DNA of 64,000 bases from Vulcanimicrobiota bacterium (GTDB taxonomy: Bacteria > Vulcanimicrobiota > Xenobia > Xenobiales > Xenobiaceae), in contig CALUQR010000006.1 of NCBI GenBank assembly GCA_944322965.1, positions 38,456 through 102,455 on the forward strand. The letters run 5' to 3'. Below the pieces are notes generated by a model. It did no database searches, was not told the origin of the DNA, and saw nothing but the letters and a program-made list of their open reading frames with translations. The first letter of the stretch is position 1. Every line of letters starts with the position of its first letter. The position numbers and the translations under genes were made by a program. Positions 47,013 through 56,913 of the stretch are shown here, piece by piece.

Positions 47013-48329
47013 CTAGATAATATAGGTCTGAGGGAACATCTTCTCTACTTCCGAGGCGCCGGTACAGATAAAGACTAGACGATCGGCCGGTTGCAGCCAG
47101 CGATTGACCAGCTGGGAGGCGCGCTCCTTGGAGACCCCTTCCAGTCCTTCCAGGTAGGCTTGGAGATCGAAGATCTCGCCCTCCCGGGCTAAGAGATGGC
47201 CCCCTAAGCGCACTCGCTCTAAGCCGTTCTCCCAGCGGCTGACCGTCCCCGCCGCGTGGCGCATAACCGCCTCTTGGAAGATCTCTGGGGCCAACTCCCC
47301 TTGGGCCAGAGAGTCGATAATCTCTTCCACTAAGAGCATCGCCTGGGGCAGATCGCGGGCGTGCATAGCCATATGCAATTTGAAGATCCCCATCCCGTCG
47401 TAGGCGTTCATAGCCGTCTGACAGAGGTAGGTGAGGCTAGAGCGCTCGCGCAACTGGCCATTTAAGAGGCTAGTGTAGCCCGCCCCTAAGAGGGTATTGA
47501 TGACCCTCCAGGTGAGCAGATCTTTAAATGAAAGGATGGGGAAGCGCCAACCTAAGGAGATAAAGACCTGCTGGGGGAAGGGGGAGCGCTTAATGATGAC
47601 GCTGCCGTCGGGATACTGGCTCTCCACTAAGAAGTTGGCCGGCTTGGGGGGCGGCCCGGAGGGGGCCTGGGCTAAGAAAGAGTTGATGCGCTCAATTAAG
47701 CCATCCTCTAAATTCCCGCAGGCTACCAAGACCATATTCTGACGCCGGTAAGTGCGCTCTAAATAGCGGCGCAGGCGCTGGGCGTCGAAGGTAGCTAAGA
47801 CCTCGTCCTCCCCTACCGGGTGGCGGCTCATAGGATTAGGCTCTAAGAGCAGGCTCTCGATGGCGTTGGCGGTGTAGACGGAGTAATTAGTCGACTCCCG
47901 CTGGCGCTCGTGGATAATAATCTCCCGCTCGGCCTCAATATACTTGGGGTCTAAGGAGGGGTGGAAGAGGATCTCTTCCAAGACCTCTAAGGCCACGGGG
48001 CCGGAATCGCTAGGAACTTTGACCCAGTAGGCGGTCAAGTCGCGCGTAGAGTAGGCCGCCGTCTGTCCCCCTAACCCTTCGACGTGGCGCGTCAGATCGT
48101 AGAGGGTGGGATAGCGCTCCGTCCCGCGCATGAGGACGTGCTCTAAAAAGTGGGAGATGCCCCACTCGTCGCGCTCCTCATAGCGCACTCCGGCCCGCAG
48201 AGCTACCAGAAAATAGCTAAAGGGCGAATGGCGATCGCGAGAGACTAAGGCGGGGACTGCAGGCTCAGTCGCCAGAGGTACAAAGGCCCTCTGGCGGGCG
48301 AACTCTTTAAAAGAGGCGGGCAATTCCAT
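47013..48329 (-). CDS. M16-family (pitrilysin/insulinase-like) zinc peptidase
   Basis: The inverted zinc motif HFLEH. Confidence 0.7.
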   Translation of the reverse strand: MELPASFKEFARQRAFVPLATEPAVPALVSRDRHSPFSYFLVALRAGVRYEERDEWGISHFLEHVLMRGTERYPTLYDLTRHVEGLGGQTAAYSTRDLTAYWVKVPSDSGPVALEVLEEILFHPSLDPKYIEAEREIIIHERQRESTNYSVYTANAIESLLLEPNPMSRHPVGEDEVLATFDAQRLRRYLERTYRRQNMVLVACGNLEDGLIERINSFLAQAPSGPPPKPANFLVESQYPDGSVIIKRSPFPQQVFISLGWRFPILSFKDLLTWRVINTLLGAGYTSLLNGQLRERSSLTYLCQTAMNAYDGMGIFKLHMAMHARDLPQAMLLVEEIIDSLAQGELAPEIFQEAVMRHAAGTVSRWENGLERVRLGGHLLAREGEIFDLQAYLEGLEGVSKERASQLVNRWLQPADRLVFICTGASEVEKMFPQTYII

Positions 48330-48345
48330 GGGGCAGACTCAATCC

Positions 48346-49629
48346 TCAAGAGGCTTCGCTGAGATGCTTCTCCAGATCGACTTCCGGCTGGTCGGCGTAG
48401 ATCAAGGTCGGTTGGGCGTGATCGCGGATCACCTCTTCAGTGACGATACACTGGCGCACGTTGGGCAGGGAGGGGATCTCGAACATGACGTCCAGGATCG
48501 CCTCCTCGATAATGGAGCGCAGGGCTCTGGCCCCCGTCTTGCGACTCTCCGCCTCTTTGGCCACCAACTCGATAGCCTCTTTAGTAAAGACCAACTCCAC
48601 CCCGTCCATAGCGAACATGCGCTGATACTGTTTAATGAGCGCATTCTTCGGCTCGGTGAGGATCTTCACTAAGGCCGTCTCGTCTAAAGCGTTGAGGGTC
48701 ACCACTACGGGCATACGTCCCACAAATTCGGGGATGAGACCGTACTTTAAGAGGTCTTCGGGCATCACTTGGGCCAAGAGGGAACCTACGTCCTTCTTAC
48801 TGCGGCTCTCGATATTGGCTCTAAAGCCCATCGATTGGGAGCTGACCCGCTGCTCGATAATATCTTCTAAGCCTTCGAAGGCCCCGCCGCAGATGAAGAG
48901 GATATTATTAGTATCGATCTGCAGACACTCTTGGTGGGGATGCTTGCGCCCGCCCTGGGGGGGTACGCTGGCTACCGTGCCCTCTACGATCTTTAAGAGG
49001 GCCTGCTGGACGCCTTCGCCGCTCACGTCGCGGGTAATGGAGACGTTCTCCGATTTGCGGGTGATCTTATCGATCTCGTCGACGTAGACGATCCCCTTCT
49101 GGGCCTTCTCAATATCGTAATCGGCGGCCTGGATGAGCTTTAAGAGGATATTCTCCACATCTTCGCCCACGTAACCGGCTTCGGTGAGGGAAGTAGCGTC
49201 GGCTAAGGCGATAGGCACTCGCAAGATGCGAGCTAAGGTGCGCGCCAGGTAGGTCTTACCGCAGCCGGTGGGGCCGATAATTAAGACGTTGCTCTTCTGT
49301 AATTCGACGTCGTCCTCTTTATTAGTATCGTTGAGGTTGATGCGCTTATAGTGGTTGTAGACGGCCACCGCCAGGATCTTTTTGGCCTTCTCTTGACCGA
49401 TGACATACTGGTCTAAGATGGTCATAATCTCCTTGGGCTTGGGCAGTTGGCCGCCCCCCTCTTCCCCGCCGCTATTGAGGGCGTCGGCGATAATCTCACT
49501 GCACATCTCTACGCAGTCCGAGCAGATATAGACGCCCGGACCGGCGATCATGCGCCTCACCTGATCTTGACCCTTACCGCAAAAAGAACAGGTAAAACCC
49601 TGTTTATCATCGCCAAATCTAAACATCAA
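48346..49629 (-). CDS. clpX: ATP-dependent Clp protease ATP-binding subunit ClpX
   Basis: An N-terminal C4 zinc finger, the Walker A motif GPTGCGKT, and a clpP-clpX gene pair. Confidence 0.95.
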   Translation of the reverse strand: MMFRFGDDKQGFTCSFCGKGQDQVRRMIAGPGVYICSDCVEMCSEIIADALNSGGEEGGGQLPKPKEIMTILDQYVIGQEKAKKILAVAVYNHYKRINLNDTNKEDDVELQKSNVLIIGPTGCGKTYLARTLARILRVPIALADATSLTEAGYVGEDVENILLKLIQAADYDIEKAQKGIVYVDEIDKITRKSENVSITRDVSGEGVQQALLKIVEGTVASVPPQGGRKHPHQECLQIDTNNILFICGGAFEGLEDIIEQRVSSQSMGFRANIESRSKKDVGSLLAQVMPEDLLKYGLIPEFVGRMPVVVTLNALDETALVKILTEPKNALIKQYQRMFAMDGVELVFTKEAIELVAKEAESRKTGARALRSIIEEAILDVMFEIPSLPNVRQCIVTEEVIRDHAQPTLIYADQPEVDLEKHLSEAS

Positions 49630-49656
49630 TCTCCTCCCGAACTGGTAAAAGCTATC

Positions 49657-50313
49657 CTAGGACCGCACATCTTCATCGATGATCTTATCGATGAGCCCAT
49701 ACTCTAAGGCTTCCGGTCCCGAAAGGTAATGGTCGCGCTCCGTATCTTGGATGATGCGCTCTAAGCTCTGTCCCGTATGTTGAGCTAAAATCTTCTGAAT
49801 AATCTCTCTAGTGCGCAATAACTCGCGCGCATTGATGGCGATGTCGGTAGCCTGACCTCCGATCCCGTAGAGCTCGGGCTGATGGATCATCACCTTGGCG
49901 TTAGGCAGAGCGTAGCGCTTCCCCTTAGCCCCGCCCGCTAAGATGAGGGCTACCGCTCCCCCGGCGATCCCCATACAGATGGTGGAAACCGCCGACTTAA
50001 TAGTCTCCATACAATCGTAAATGGCTAAACAGGCCGTAGTGCTCCCCCCGGCGCTATTGATATAGAGATCGATATCTTTATCGGGATCCTCTTGCTCTAA
50101 AAAGAGCAACTGGGCGATCACTAAGTTGGCCAAAGTATCGCTGACGTCGCTATTCAAAAAGACGATGCGATTCTTTAAGAGGCGCGAGAAGATGTCGTAG
50201 GAGCGCTCGCCGCGCGCCGTCTGCTCGACGACTATCGGTACTAAATCGTTGCGAATAATCCGGCGCTCGCCCTCCTGGGCTTTTTCGGGGGTCGTATTGC
50301 GCTCTGTAGCCAT
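49657..50313 (-). CDS. clpP: ATP-dependent Clp protease proteolytic subunit ClpP
   Basis: The catalytic-triad context and synteny with tig and clpX. Confidence 0.95.
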   Translation of the reverse strand: MATERNTTPEKAQEGERRIIRNDLVPIVVEQTARGERSYDIFSRLLKNRIVFLNSDVSDTLANLVIAQLLFLEQEDPDKDIDLYINSAGGSTTACLAIYDCMETIKSAVSTICMGIAGGAVALILAGGAKGKRYALPNAKVMIHQPELYGIGGQATDIAINARELLRTREIIQKILAQHTGQSLERIIQDTERDHYLSGPEALEYGLIDKIIDEDVRS

Positions 50314-50446
50314 TCCTCAACCTCTTTCTACTTATCCCCTCTATTAGAGAGTCTCTATACTAGAAAGGATACGGCAATCGTAAGTAACTGCCGTATCCTT
50401 TGCAGCTTAAGTCTACATTCCCCCTCCTTCGAGAGAGAAAGTTACT

Positions 50447-51868
50447 TTAAGCTTGGGCCTCTCCCCCTTGAGCCTCAGCGGGCTGGGTCTCAGGAGCCTT
50501 CTCCTCAGTCTTGGCCTCAGCTTCAGCCGCCTTAGCCGCCTCTTCCGCCGCTCTCTCTTCGGGAGTCTTGGGGGCTACGAAGGTGACGTCGGCGTGGTCT
50601 ACCAAGTACTGGGTGACCTTGTCGCGCAAGAGACTGTAACGGAGCACCGAGATCATGCCGTTCTTCTCCAGCTTGCGGCGCAGAGAAGCCGCCGTCAGGT
50701 TGGTGTGAGCCGCCTCTTCGTCGATGACCTTGTTAATATCTTCCTCGTCGACCTTCATATCTAAGAGGCGAGCCAAATTCTTGACCAAGATCTCTAAGCG
50801 CGCTTCGCCAAAACCCATAAGACCTACGTGCTTATTCCAATCTTCCGCAGTGCGGTTCTGGGCCTTGAGCATATCCTCTAAGGTCTGGCGCTGGGCCTTC
50901 AAGTTGTTCAGGACTCTATCGTTAAAGGCGCGGGCGTGGTAGGCCACTAAGCTGGCGGGCACGATCTCCGGGCTCACTTGGGGAGCGATGGCGAAGTAGA
51001 CCTTCTCGGCGATCCCTTGCTCGGCCTCGCGTTTAGCGCGGTCTTCCATGAGCTGCATAATATTCTGGCGCAGCTCTTCCACCGTATTGAACTGGGAGAC
51101 GGCCTTCACGAACTCTTCGTTGAGCTCGGGCAGGACGCGCTCTTTAATGGAGTGGAGCGTAAAGACGAAGTGGACTTTGTGGCCCGCTAAGGGGGACTTG
51201 TGGTCGGCCGGGAATTCGATATCGAACTCGCGAGTCTCGCCGGGCTTCATCCCGTACAAGTTCTCTAAGAAGCCGGGCACGTAGCTGGCCGGAGAGAGCT
51301 CCATGGGGAAGTTCTCAGCCTGGCCGCCCTCGATGGGGCTCCCCTCTTCGTAGCTCTTGTAGTCTACAAAAGCGATATCATCGGCCTGCAGACCGCGGTC
51401 GGTCACGTCGCCCAGAGTGGCTCGGCCGGCGCGGGTACGCTCGATGGCGGTATTGACGTCCTCTTCCGTAGGCTGGTAGCGCTCCTGCTCCACCTTGACG
51501 CCCTCATAATCCTTGAGATCGACGGTAGGCAAGACTTCGAACTCGGCCGTGTAGGTCAACTCTTGACCGCGATCGCCCTCAATCTTCGAGAAATTGGGGC
51601 TAGAGACCACTTCTAAATTCTCCTGGCGGGCGGCCTGGGTGAAAGAGCTGGGAATAGTCATCTCCAACACGTCGCGCTTGAGCATAGAGTTGGGGATATA
51701 CTTGCGACCCATATAGGCCGGCACCTTACCGCGCCGGAAGCCGGGCAGAGAGAGCATCTTCAAGGCCTCTTTGAAAGCCTTGGCGTAAGCCTGTTCTACG
51801 GTCTCAGCGTCCACCGAAACTACCATTTGGCGCTTGATGGGCGAAAGCTCGGTCAATGTAACCTTCAT
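50447..51868 (-). CDS. tig: Trigger factor
   Basis: The N-terminal ribosome-binding domain and its position upstream of clpP. Confidence 0.9.
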   Translation of the reverse strand: MKVTLTELSPIKRQMVVSVDAETVEQAYAKAFKEALKMLSLPGFRRGKVPAYMGRKYIPNSMLKRDVLEMTIPSSFTQAARQENLEVVSSPNFSKIEGDRGQELTYTAEFEVLPTVDLKDYEGVKVEQERYQPTEEDVNTAIERTRAGRATLGDVTDRGLQADDIAFVDYKSYEEGSPIEGGQAENFPMELSPASYVPGFLENLYGMKPGETREFDIEFPADHKSPLAGHKVHFVFTLHSIKERVLPELNEEFVKAVSQFNTVEELRQNIMQLMEDRAKREAEQGIAEKVYFAIAPQVSPEIVPASLVAYHARAFNDRVLNNLKAQRQTLEDMLKAQNRTAEDWNKHVGLMGFGEARLEILVKNLARLLDMKVDEEDINKVIDEEAAHTNLTAASLRRKLEKNGMISVLRYSLLRDKVTQYLVDHADVTFVAPKTPEERAAEEAAKAAEAEAKTEEKAPETQPAEAQGGEAQA

Positions 51869-52048
51869 TAGTTCCTCCTAGATTCTTAGGACGGGCGGCG
51901 TTAGATCGTCCACTTCGGATAGCTGGCGGCCTCCTTCCCTAAGTTGAGAAGGCGCCTTGCCCCAGTTCCCAAGCCCGCGTCGCTAAGGTTGACATATTTT
52001 TAGCTTATACACAAACAAAGGCCACCTGCTGGCGGCCCCTATCCGTTT

Positions 52049-52124
52049 TGGAGCGGAAGAAGAGATTCGAACTCTCGACCCTTGCCTTGGCAAGGCAATG
52101 CTCTACCGCTGAGCTACTTCCGCA
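52049..52124 (-). tRNA. tRNA-Gly(GCC), copy 1
   Basis: The reverse complement GCGGAAGTAGCTCAGCGGTAGAGCA TTGCC-TTGCCAA-GGCAA ...TTCGAATC...CTCCA forms a cloverleaf with anticodon GCC. Confidence 0.9.
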
Positions 52125-52180
52125 TCTACTATTTACTTATCCCCCCAGACGCCAAACCCAGACCCGCAAAAAGAAAAAGT

Positions 52181-52256
52181 TGGAGCGGAAGAAGAGATTC
52201 GAACTCTCGACCCTTGCCTTGGCAAGGCAATGCTCTACCGCTGAGCTACTTCCGCA
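52181..52256 (-). tRNA. tRNA-Gly(GCC), copy 2 (identical tandem duplicate)
   Basis: The sequence is identical to copy 1. A 56-nt spacer separates them. Confidence 0.9.
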
Positions 52257-52284
52257 TCTCCAACCATTCTGTCCCTCGTCTGGG

Positions 52285-52367
52285 TGGTGGGCAGGAAGGG
52301 ACTCGAACCCTTACGATTGCTCACTGGCTCCTAAGACCAGCGCGTCTACCATTCCGCCACCTGCCCC
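52285..52367 (-). tRNA. tRNA-Leu(TAG) with a long variable arm
   Basis: The reverse complement GGGGCAGGTGGCGGAATGGTAGACGC CTGGT-CTTAGGA-GCCAG ... CCCACCA. Confidence 0.85.
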
Positions 52368-52374
52368 GAAGGGG

Positions 52375-52450
<76 letters not shown>

Positions 52451-52504
52451 GTACCGCTTACGGGCAGTATATTACTCAAACGCCCCTACCCTGTCAAGGG
52501 CTTA

Positions 52505-52551
52505 GCCTAAAAAATTTCTGCCCCGGAGGCGGAGCCTCCGGGGCAGAAATT
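52505..52551 (-). terminator. rho-independent terminator of the carboxypeptidase gene (aaatttctgccccggagg / cctccggggcagaaatt, with the T-tract on the minus strand)
   Basis: A perfect 18-bp inverted repeat flanked by aaaaaa on the plus strand. Confidence 0.7.
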
Positions 52552-52558
52552 GGGGGCT

Positions 52559-54091
52559 CTACAAGTTATAGAGCGGCGCGTACTTAGCCTCTAAGTAGTC
52601 GATAAAGGGCTGGGCGGAGAGCTCTTGGCCCAAGACCTCTTGCAATAACTCCTGAGGATAGAGGCGCTGGCCCCAACGGTAGAGACGGCTCTCTAACCAC
52701 TGGCGCAATTTACCCAGCTCGCCCTGGCGCAGGAGGGAGTCTAAATCTAAATCCCGACCCATAACTTGCCAGGTCTGGGCCCCAATGAGATTACCCAGAG
52801 CGTAAGTGGGGAAGTAACCGAAGAGGGCGGAGGGCCAGTGGACGTCTTGCAAGCAACCTTGGCCGTCGTCTGGAGGGACTACGCCCAAATAGTCGCGCAT
52901 CGCCTCATTCCAAGCGGCGGGCAGATCTTTAACCTCTAAGCTCCCTTCGATTAAGGCCTTCTCCAGCTCGAAGCGCAACATAATATGTAAGCTGTAAGTC
53001 ACCTCGTCGGCCTCGATGCGAATGAAGGAAGGCTGGACGCTATTGATGGCCTTATAGAACTCCTCGACCCCGATGCCAGCCGTCTGAGCCGGATAGTAGG
53101 CCTGGAAGATGGGATAATAATGCTCCCAGAAGGGACGGCTGCGGCCGACAATATTCTCCCACAGGCGCGATTGGCTCTCGTGGACGGCCATAGAGGCCCC
53201 GCCCTCTAAGGGGGTATGCAGCCAAGCGGCGGGCGAGCCTTGTTCATAGAGGGCGTGGCCCGTCTCGTGCAGGGCCGTAAAGAGGGCCTTAGTCACGCAA
53301 TCTTCGCGGAAATGGTTGGTGACGCGCACGTCGCTAGTAGAGAAGGAGGCGCAGAAAGGATGGACCACGTCGTCGACCCTACCCCGAGTCCAATCGTAAC
53401 CCATATCGATCATTAAGCGCTGGCAGAAATTGCGCTGCACAGATACCGGATAGGAGCGCTCTAAGACCTTTTTGGAGGGGGCCGGCGCCTTGGCAATGCG
53501 CTTTACTAAATCGACTAAGCGGGGGCGCAACTGGGAGAAGAGCTTATCGACCTGGGCGGTACTCATCCCGGGCTCGTAAATATCTAAGAGGGCGTCGTAG
53601 ATGTGGCCCTGGTAGCCGATACACTCCGCCTGCTGGCGGCAGAGTTCGACCACCCGCTCTAAGGCCTCCTGGAATAGACCAAAATCCTTAGCTTGGCGAG
53701 CTTTGAGCCAGACGCTCTGGGCCTTAGCGGCGGCCGCCGTCAGCTGAGAGGCCACCTGGCTAGGTACGCGCGTATTCTTTTCGATCTCCCGGCGCACCCG
53801 ACGCAAGAGATGGGCCCTAATCTCCGGACGCTGCAAGGAGTAGGGATCTTTATCCTCCGACCCTAACTCCGGCGCCGCCTCCCGCTCCGCCTCCTCTAAG
53901 AGTTGGCGCAAATGGGGGCTAACTAAGAGCTCGTGGGCCAGATGGGAGATAGTCTCATTCTGATCGGCCCGCGCTTGCTCGGCGCCTATGGGCATCCCTA
54001 CCTCCAGGTCCCAGGTTAGAAGCTCTAAGACCTCGCGCAGACAGCCCAAACGTTTGACCTCTACTAAGAGTCTCTCATAAGCAGAACCCAT
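52559..54091 (-). CDS. M32 carboxypeptidase (Taq-type)
   Basis: HETGHALYEQG (HExxH) and the family motif HESQSRLWEN. Confidence 0.85.
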   Translation of the reverse strand: MGSAYERLLVEVKRLGCLREVLELLTWDLEVGMPIGAEQARADQNETISHLAHELLVSPHLRQLLEEAEREAAPELGSEDKDPYSLQRPEIRAHLLRRVRREIEKNTRVPSQVASQLTAAAAKAQSVWLKARQAKDFGLFQEALERVVELCRQQAECIGYQGHIYDALLDIYEPGMSTAQVDKLFSQLRPRLVDLVKRIAKAPAPSKKVLERSYPVSVQRNFCQRLMIDMGYDWTRGRVDDVVHPFCASFSTSDVRVTNHFREDCVTKALFTALHETGHALYEQGSPAAWLHTPLEGGASMAVHESQSRLWENIVGRSRPFWEHYYPIFQAYYPAQTAGIGVEEFYKAINSVQPSFIRIEADEVTYSLHIMLRFELEKALIEGSLEVKDLPAAWNEAMRDYLGVVPPDDGQGCLQDVHWPSALFGYFPTYALGNLIGAQTWQVMGRDLDLDSLLRQGELGKLRQWLESRLYRWGQRLYPQELLQEVLGQELSAQPFIDYLEAKYAPLYNL

Positions 54092-54133
54092 CTCTTCCGT
54101 TCCTCACTTTCCCTTATAACTATACTTTAGGAA

Positions 54134-55072
54134 CTAACCTAAAAGCACGCCTACCGCTAGGGGGCGCCCCGCCAAATAGGCCGAGCCCTCCATCCAACCC
54201 TTACCGGCCGGCTTCACTAAATCTAAGAGGACGGCCCCGCGGCCGCTAGCTATGACGTAGCCCCGCCCCTTAATAGAGCCCAAGACCTCGCCCGGCTGAG
54301 CGCTCTGGGCGCGCTCGTCCCACTCGGGCGCTAAGCGCAAGCGACCCACCTTTAAGACCTTATCCCCCGCCTGGGCGCTCGCTTGGGGCTCAGCGTAGAG
54401 GGCTCGCACCCAATCGACTAACTCCTGGGCGGGGCGGCTCCAATTAAAGAGCAGATCCTCGCGCCCAAAAGGTTTAGTGTAATTAAACTCCCCCTCTTGG
54501 GGGCGGGGGACGATCGTCCCCTGGGCCAAACCCTGGACGGTACGCCACAGTAAGGGAGCCCCCAGCTGAGCTAAGCGCTCAGAGAGCTCCGTGCCCGTCT
54601 CCTCGGGCCCTAAGTCCGTCTCCTCCTGTAAGAGGATAGCCCCCGTATCGTAGCCCTCCTCCATCTGGAAAGTAGTGACCCCCGTCTTGTGGTCGCCCGC
54701 CATAATGGCCGCCTGGATGGGGATAGCCCCCCGGTGGCGAGGCAAGAGCGAAGGGTGCAAGTTGACACACCCTAAGGGCGGCATCTCCAAAAAGCGCTTA
54801 GGTAAGAGCTTAGCGTAGGCGGCTACCACGACTATCTCGGGCTTTAAGGCTTCTAACTCCTCTAAGACCTGGGACTCGCGCAATTTTAAGGGCTGGAAGA
54901 CGGGGAGCCCCAAGCGCTGGGCGGCTACCTTGACGGGAGGCGGAGTCAACCTCTGACCCCGGCCCGTAGGCTTATCGGGTTGGGTCACGACCCCCACCAC
55001 TTGGGTATGCTGGGCCAAAAGCTCTAAGCTGGGTACGGCAAATTGGGGGGTCCCCATAAAGAGTAAGCGCAT
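54134..55072 (-). CDS. fmt: Methionyl-tRNA formyltransferase
   Basis: The N-terminus MRLLFMGTPQFAVPSL. It lies downstream of def. Confidence 0.9.
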   Translation of the reverse strand: MRLLFMGTPQFAVPSLELLAQHTQVVGVVTQPDKPTGRGQRLTPPPVKVAAQRLGLPVFQPLKLRESQVLEELEALKPEIVVVAAYAKLLPKRFLEMPPLGCVNLHPSLLPRHRGAIPIQAAIMAGDHKTGVTTFQMEEGYDTGAILLQEETDLGPEETGTELSERLAQLGAPLLWRTVQGLAQGTIVPRPQEGEFNYTKPFGREDLLFNWSRPAQELVDWVRALYAEPQASAQAGDKVLKVGRLRLAPEWDERAQSAQPGEVLGSIKGRGYVIASGRGAVLLDLVKPAGKGWMEGSAYLAGRPLAVGVLLG

Positions 55073-55081
55073 AGAATAAAG

Positions 55082-55669
55082 CTAAGCCTCCGGGGTAGGT
55101 TCGTCCGCAGTCGGAACCTCTGTAGCCGCTACCTTGTGGGCTCCGGGTGCCGCTGGGGGCTCAATAGAAGCCTCCTCTTCCGCGGCCGCCACCTCTTCTG
55201 CCAACTCGCGCTCGCTAATCGGATGGACCTCTTCCGCCAAATCGACGTATAAGACCCCGTCTAAATGGTCGCACTCATGCTGGGCGCAGCGGGCGAATAA
55301 GCCCTCGCCCTCATAACTGACCTTCTGACCAAACTCATCTAAACCGCTCAGACGCACCTTAGAACAGCGCCAGACCTCGCCCTCTAGGCCCGGGAAGGAG
55401 AGGCAGCCCTCCATGGCCAGCTCCTCTTCCTCGCTCAAGTAAGTGATCTTAGGGTTGACCACCTTGATCGGACCTTGGCCCACATCCATGACGATCATTC
55501 GCCGGGAGATCCCCACCTGGGGGGCGGCTAAACCTACCCCGGGAGCGGCGTACATCGTCTCCAACATGCGGTCTAAAATATCGCGCACCTTCTGGTCGAC
55601 CTTCTCTACGGGCCGAGCTTTGCGCCTTAAGATGGGATCGCCATCAGTGCGAATAGTAAAAGTAGACAT
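55082..55669 (-). CDS. def: Peptide deformylase (with an acidic C-terminal extension)
   Basis: The motifs GVGLAAPQVG, EGCLS and HECDHLDG. Confidence 0.9.
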   Translation of the reverse strand: MSTFTIRTDGDPILRRKARPVEKVDQKVRDILDRMLETMYAAPGVGLAAPQVGISRRMIVMDVGQGPIKVVNPKITYLSEEEELAMEGCLSFPGLEGEVWRCSKVRLSGLDEFGQKVSYEGEGLFARCAQHECDHLDGVLYVDLAEEVHPISERELAEEVAAAEEEASIEPPAAPGAHKVAATEVPTADEPTPEA

Positions 55670-55821
55670 TTCTTCTTCCTCCCAATCGATCGGAAACTCT
55701 CTCCCCCTCGCCCAAAAATCCTGCCCCCAAAATAGAAGGCGGCCCCTCCCGCCGGGTCTAAAGCCCCAGCCTGAGGAACCGCCCTTACTTTAAAAGCGCT
55801 CTACCGGCTAATCCCCAAAAA

Positions 55822-56790
55822 CTACTGAGCGGCCTGGGGAGCGGCCTGACCCTGGGGAGCAGCCTGCCCTTGCGGAGCCGCTTGGCCCTGAGGAGCGGCT
55901 TGAGCCTTCTCCTTAGGCGGGGCCTGGTGGGTCACCAAGACCTTGCACTGGACCGGCACGCGGTTGTAGTTGAGCCACAGGGGATCGGCGGGGGTGAAGG
56001 TATAGCTCTGGCCCGGGCCCATTTCGCCCACGTTGGCCGTCCAGGTGTGGACGGTGGAGCCGTCGGCCATCTTCAAGTTGACATTTAAGACTACGCCCTT
56101 GAGGGGGGTGTTGCCCCCGTTGGTGATGGTGGCGCTATTGCAGCGCACTTCCGGAGTGAAGGCTCCGCCCGCGTCGTTAGTAAACCAATCGACGCTATTG
56201 ACGACGATAGGCGAAGAGGGATTGGAACCGTCGGTCTCAATAATCCCCTGCGAGGCGCCGTCGGCGCTAGCCGTCTGGCCCTCGGCCCCGCTCTCGGCGC
56301 CCGCCGTAATCATGCGGGGCGGCGGAGTGTAGGCCACCTGATCCTTATTGATCGGGGCCAAGAGGTCGATAGAGCCTAAATTATCGGAGACGCTATACTG
56401 CAAGCCCAAGGCGGTAGAGAGGTTGCGCACGTCGACTAAGACCTTGCTGCCCACCGCGTTGAGGGGGACGCTCACTTCCTTGCCGTCATAGACGATAGCC
56501 GCCGGCACGCTCGTAATCTCCGGGCCGCCCTCTACGAAGGAGTGGGTGCGCGAACCGGGCACGTGGCGCTTAGGCACGCTGATGTAGAGCTTATTCTCCT
56601 TGACGCCCCAGGCGTAACCTAAAGCGGAGAGCACATCATCTAAAGAGGCGGTTACTTGGGAACCTACAATGGTGGCCTCCCCTTTGAAGGGGCGATTGCG
56701 CACGTAAAATTCATAATCGGCCGCGCTGACCGTAGCGGCGCAACCAAAAAGCATAGAGGCCGTCACCAGGCCCAAGAACAACTTTTTCAT
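55822..56790 (-). CDS. Hypothetical lipoprotein with a C-terminal (QAAPQG)x4 repeat. I prefer the start at 56790 (MKKLFLGLVTASMLFGC lipobox) over the upstream ATG at 56841.
   Basis: A signal peptide with an LFGC lipobox, a GGAGGAG Shine-Dalgarno before 56790, and a low-complexity tail. Confidence 0.5.
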   Translation of the reverse strand: MKKLFLGLVTASMLFGCAATVSAADYEFYVRNRPFKGEATIVGSQVTASLDDVLSALGYAWGVKENKLYISVPKRHVPGSRTHSFVEGGPEITSVPAAIVYDGKEVSVPLNAVGSKVLVDVRNLSTALGLQYSVSDNLGSIDLLAPINKDQVAYTPPPRMITAGAESGAEGQTASADGASQGIIETDGSNPSSPIVVNSVDWFTNDAGGAFTPEVRCNSATITNGGNTPLKGVVLNVNLKMADGSTVHTWTANVGEMGPGQSYTFTPADPLWLNYNRVPVQCKVLVTHQAPPKEKAQAAPQGQAAPQGQAAPQGQAAPQAAQ

Positions 56791-56913
56791 GTAAACTCCT
56801 CCCAAACGGTTAGGAATAAGGGGAGAGCGGACTCTCCGCAATTGAGCATCTTAGAGACTTTAATTCCACACTAAGACTTAAATCCCGCTTCTCTAGCCCT
56901 GCGAATTAAAGCC

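Noticed and set aside
50363-50400. Hairpin aaaggatacggcaatcgtaagtaactgccgtatccttt between tig and clpP, considered as a terminator
   Set aside because: On the minus strand it is not followed by a convincing U-tract. It may be a partial terminator or processing site, but the evidence is too weak to annotate.
56791-56841. Upstream ATG at 56841 for the lipoprotein gene
   Set aside because: The internal ATG at 56790 is preceded by a GGAGGAG Shine-Dalgarno and yields a canonical signal peptide and lipobox. The 17-aa extension is Arg/Pro-rich and unlikely.
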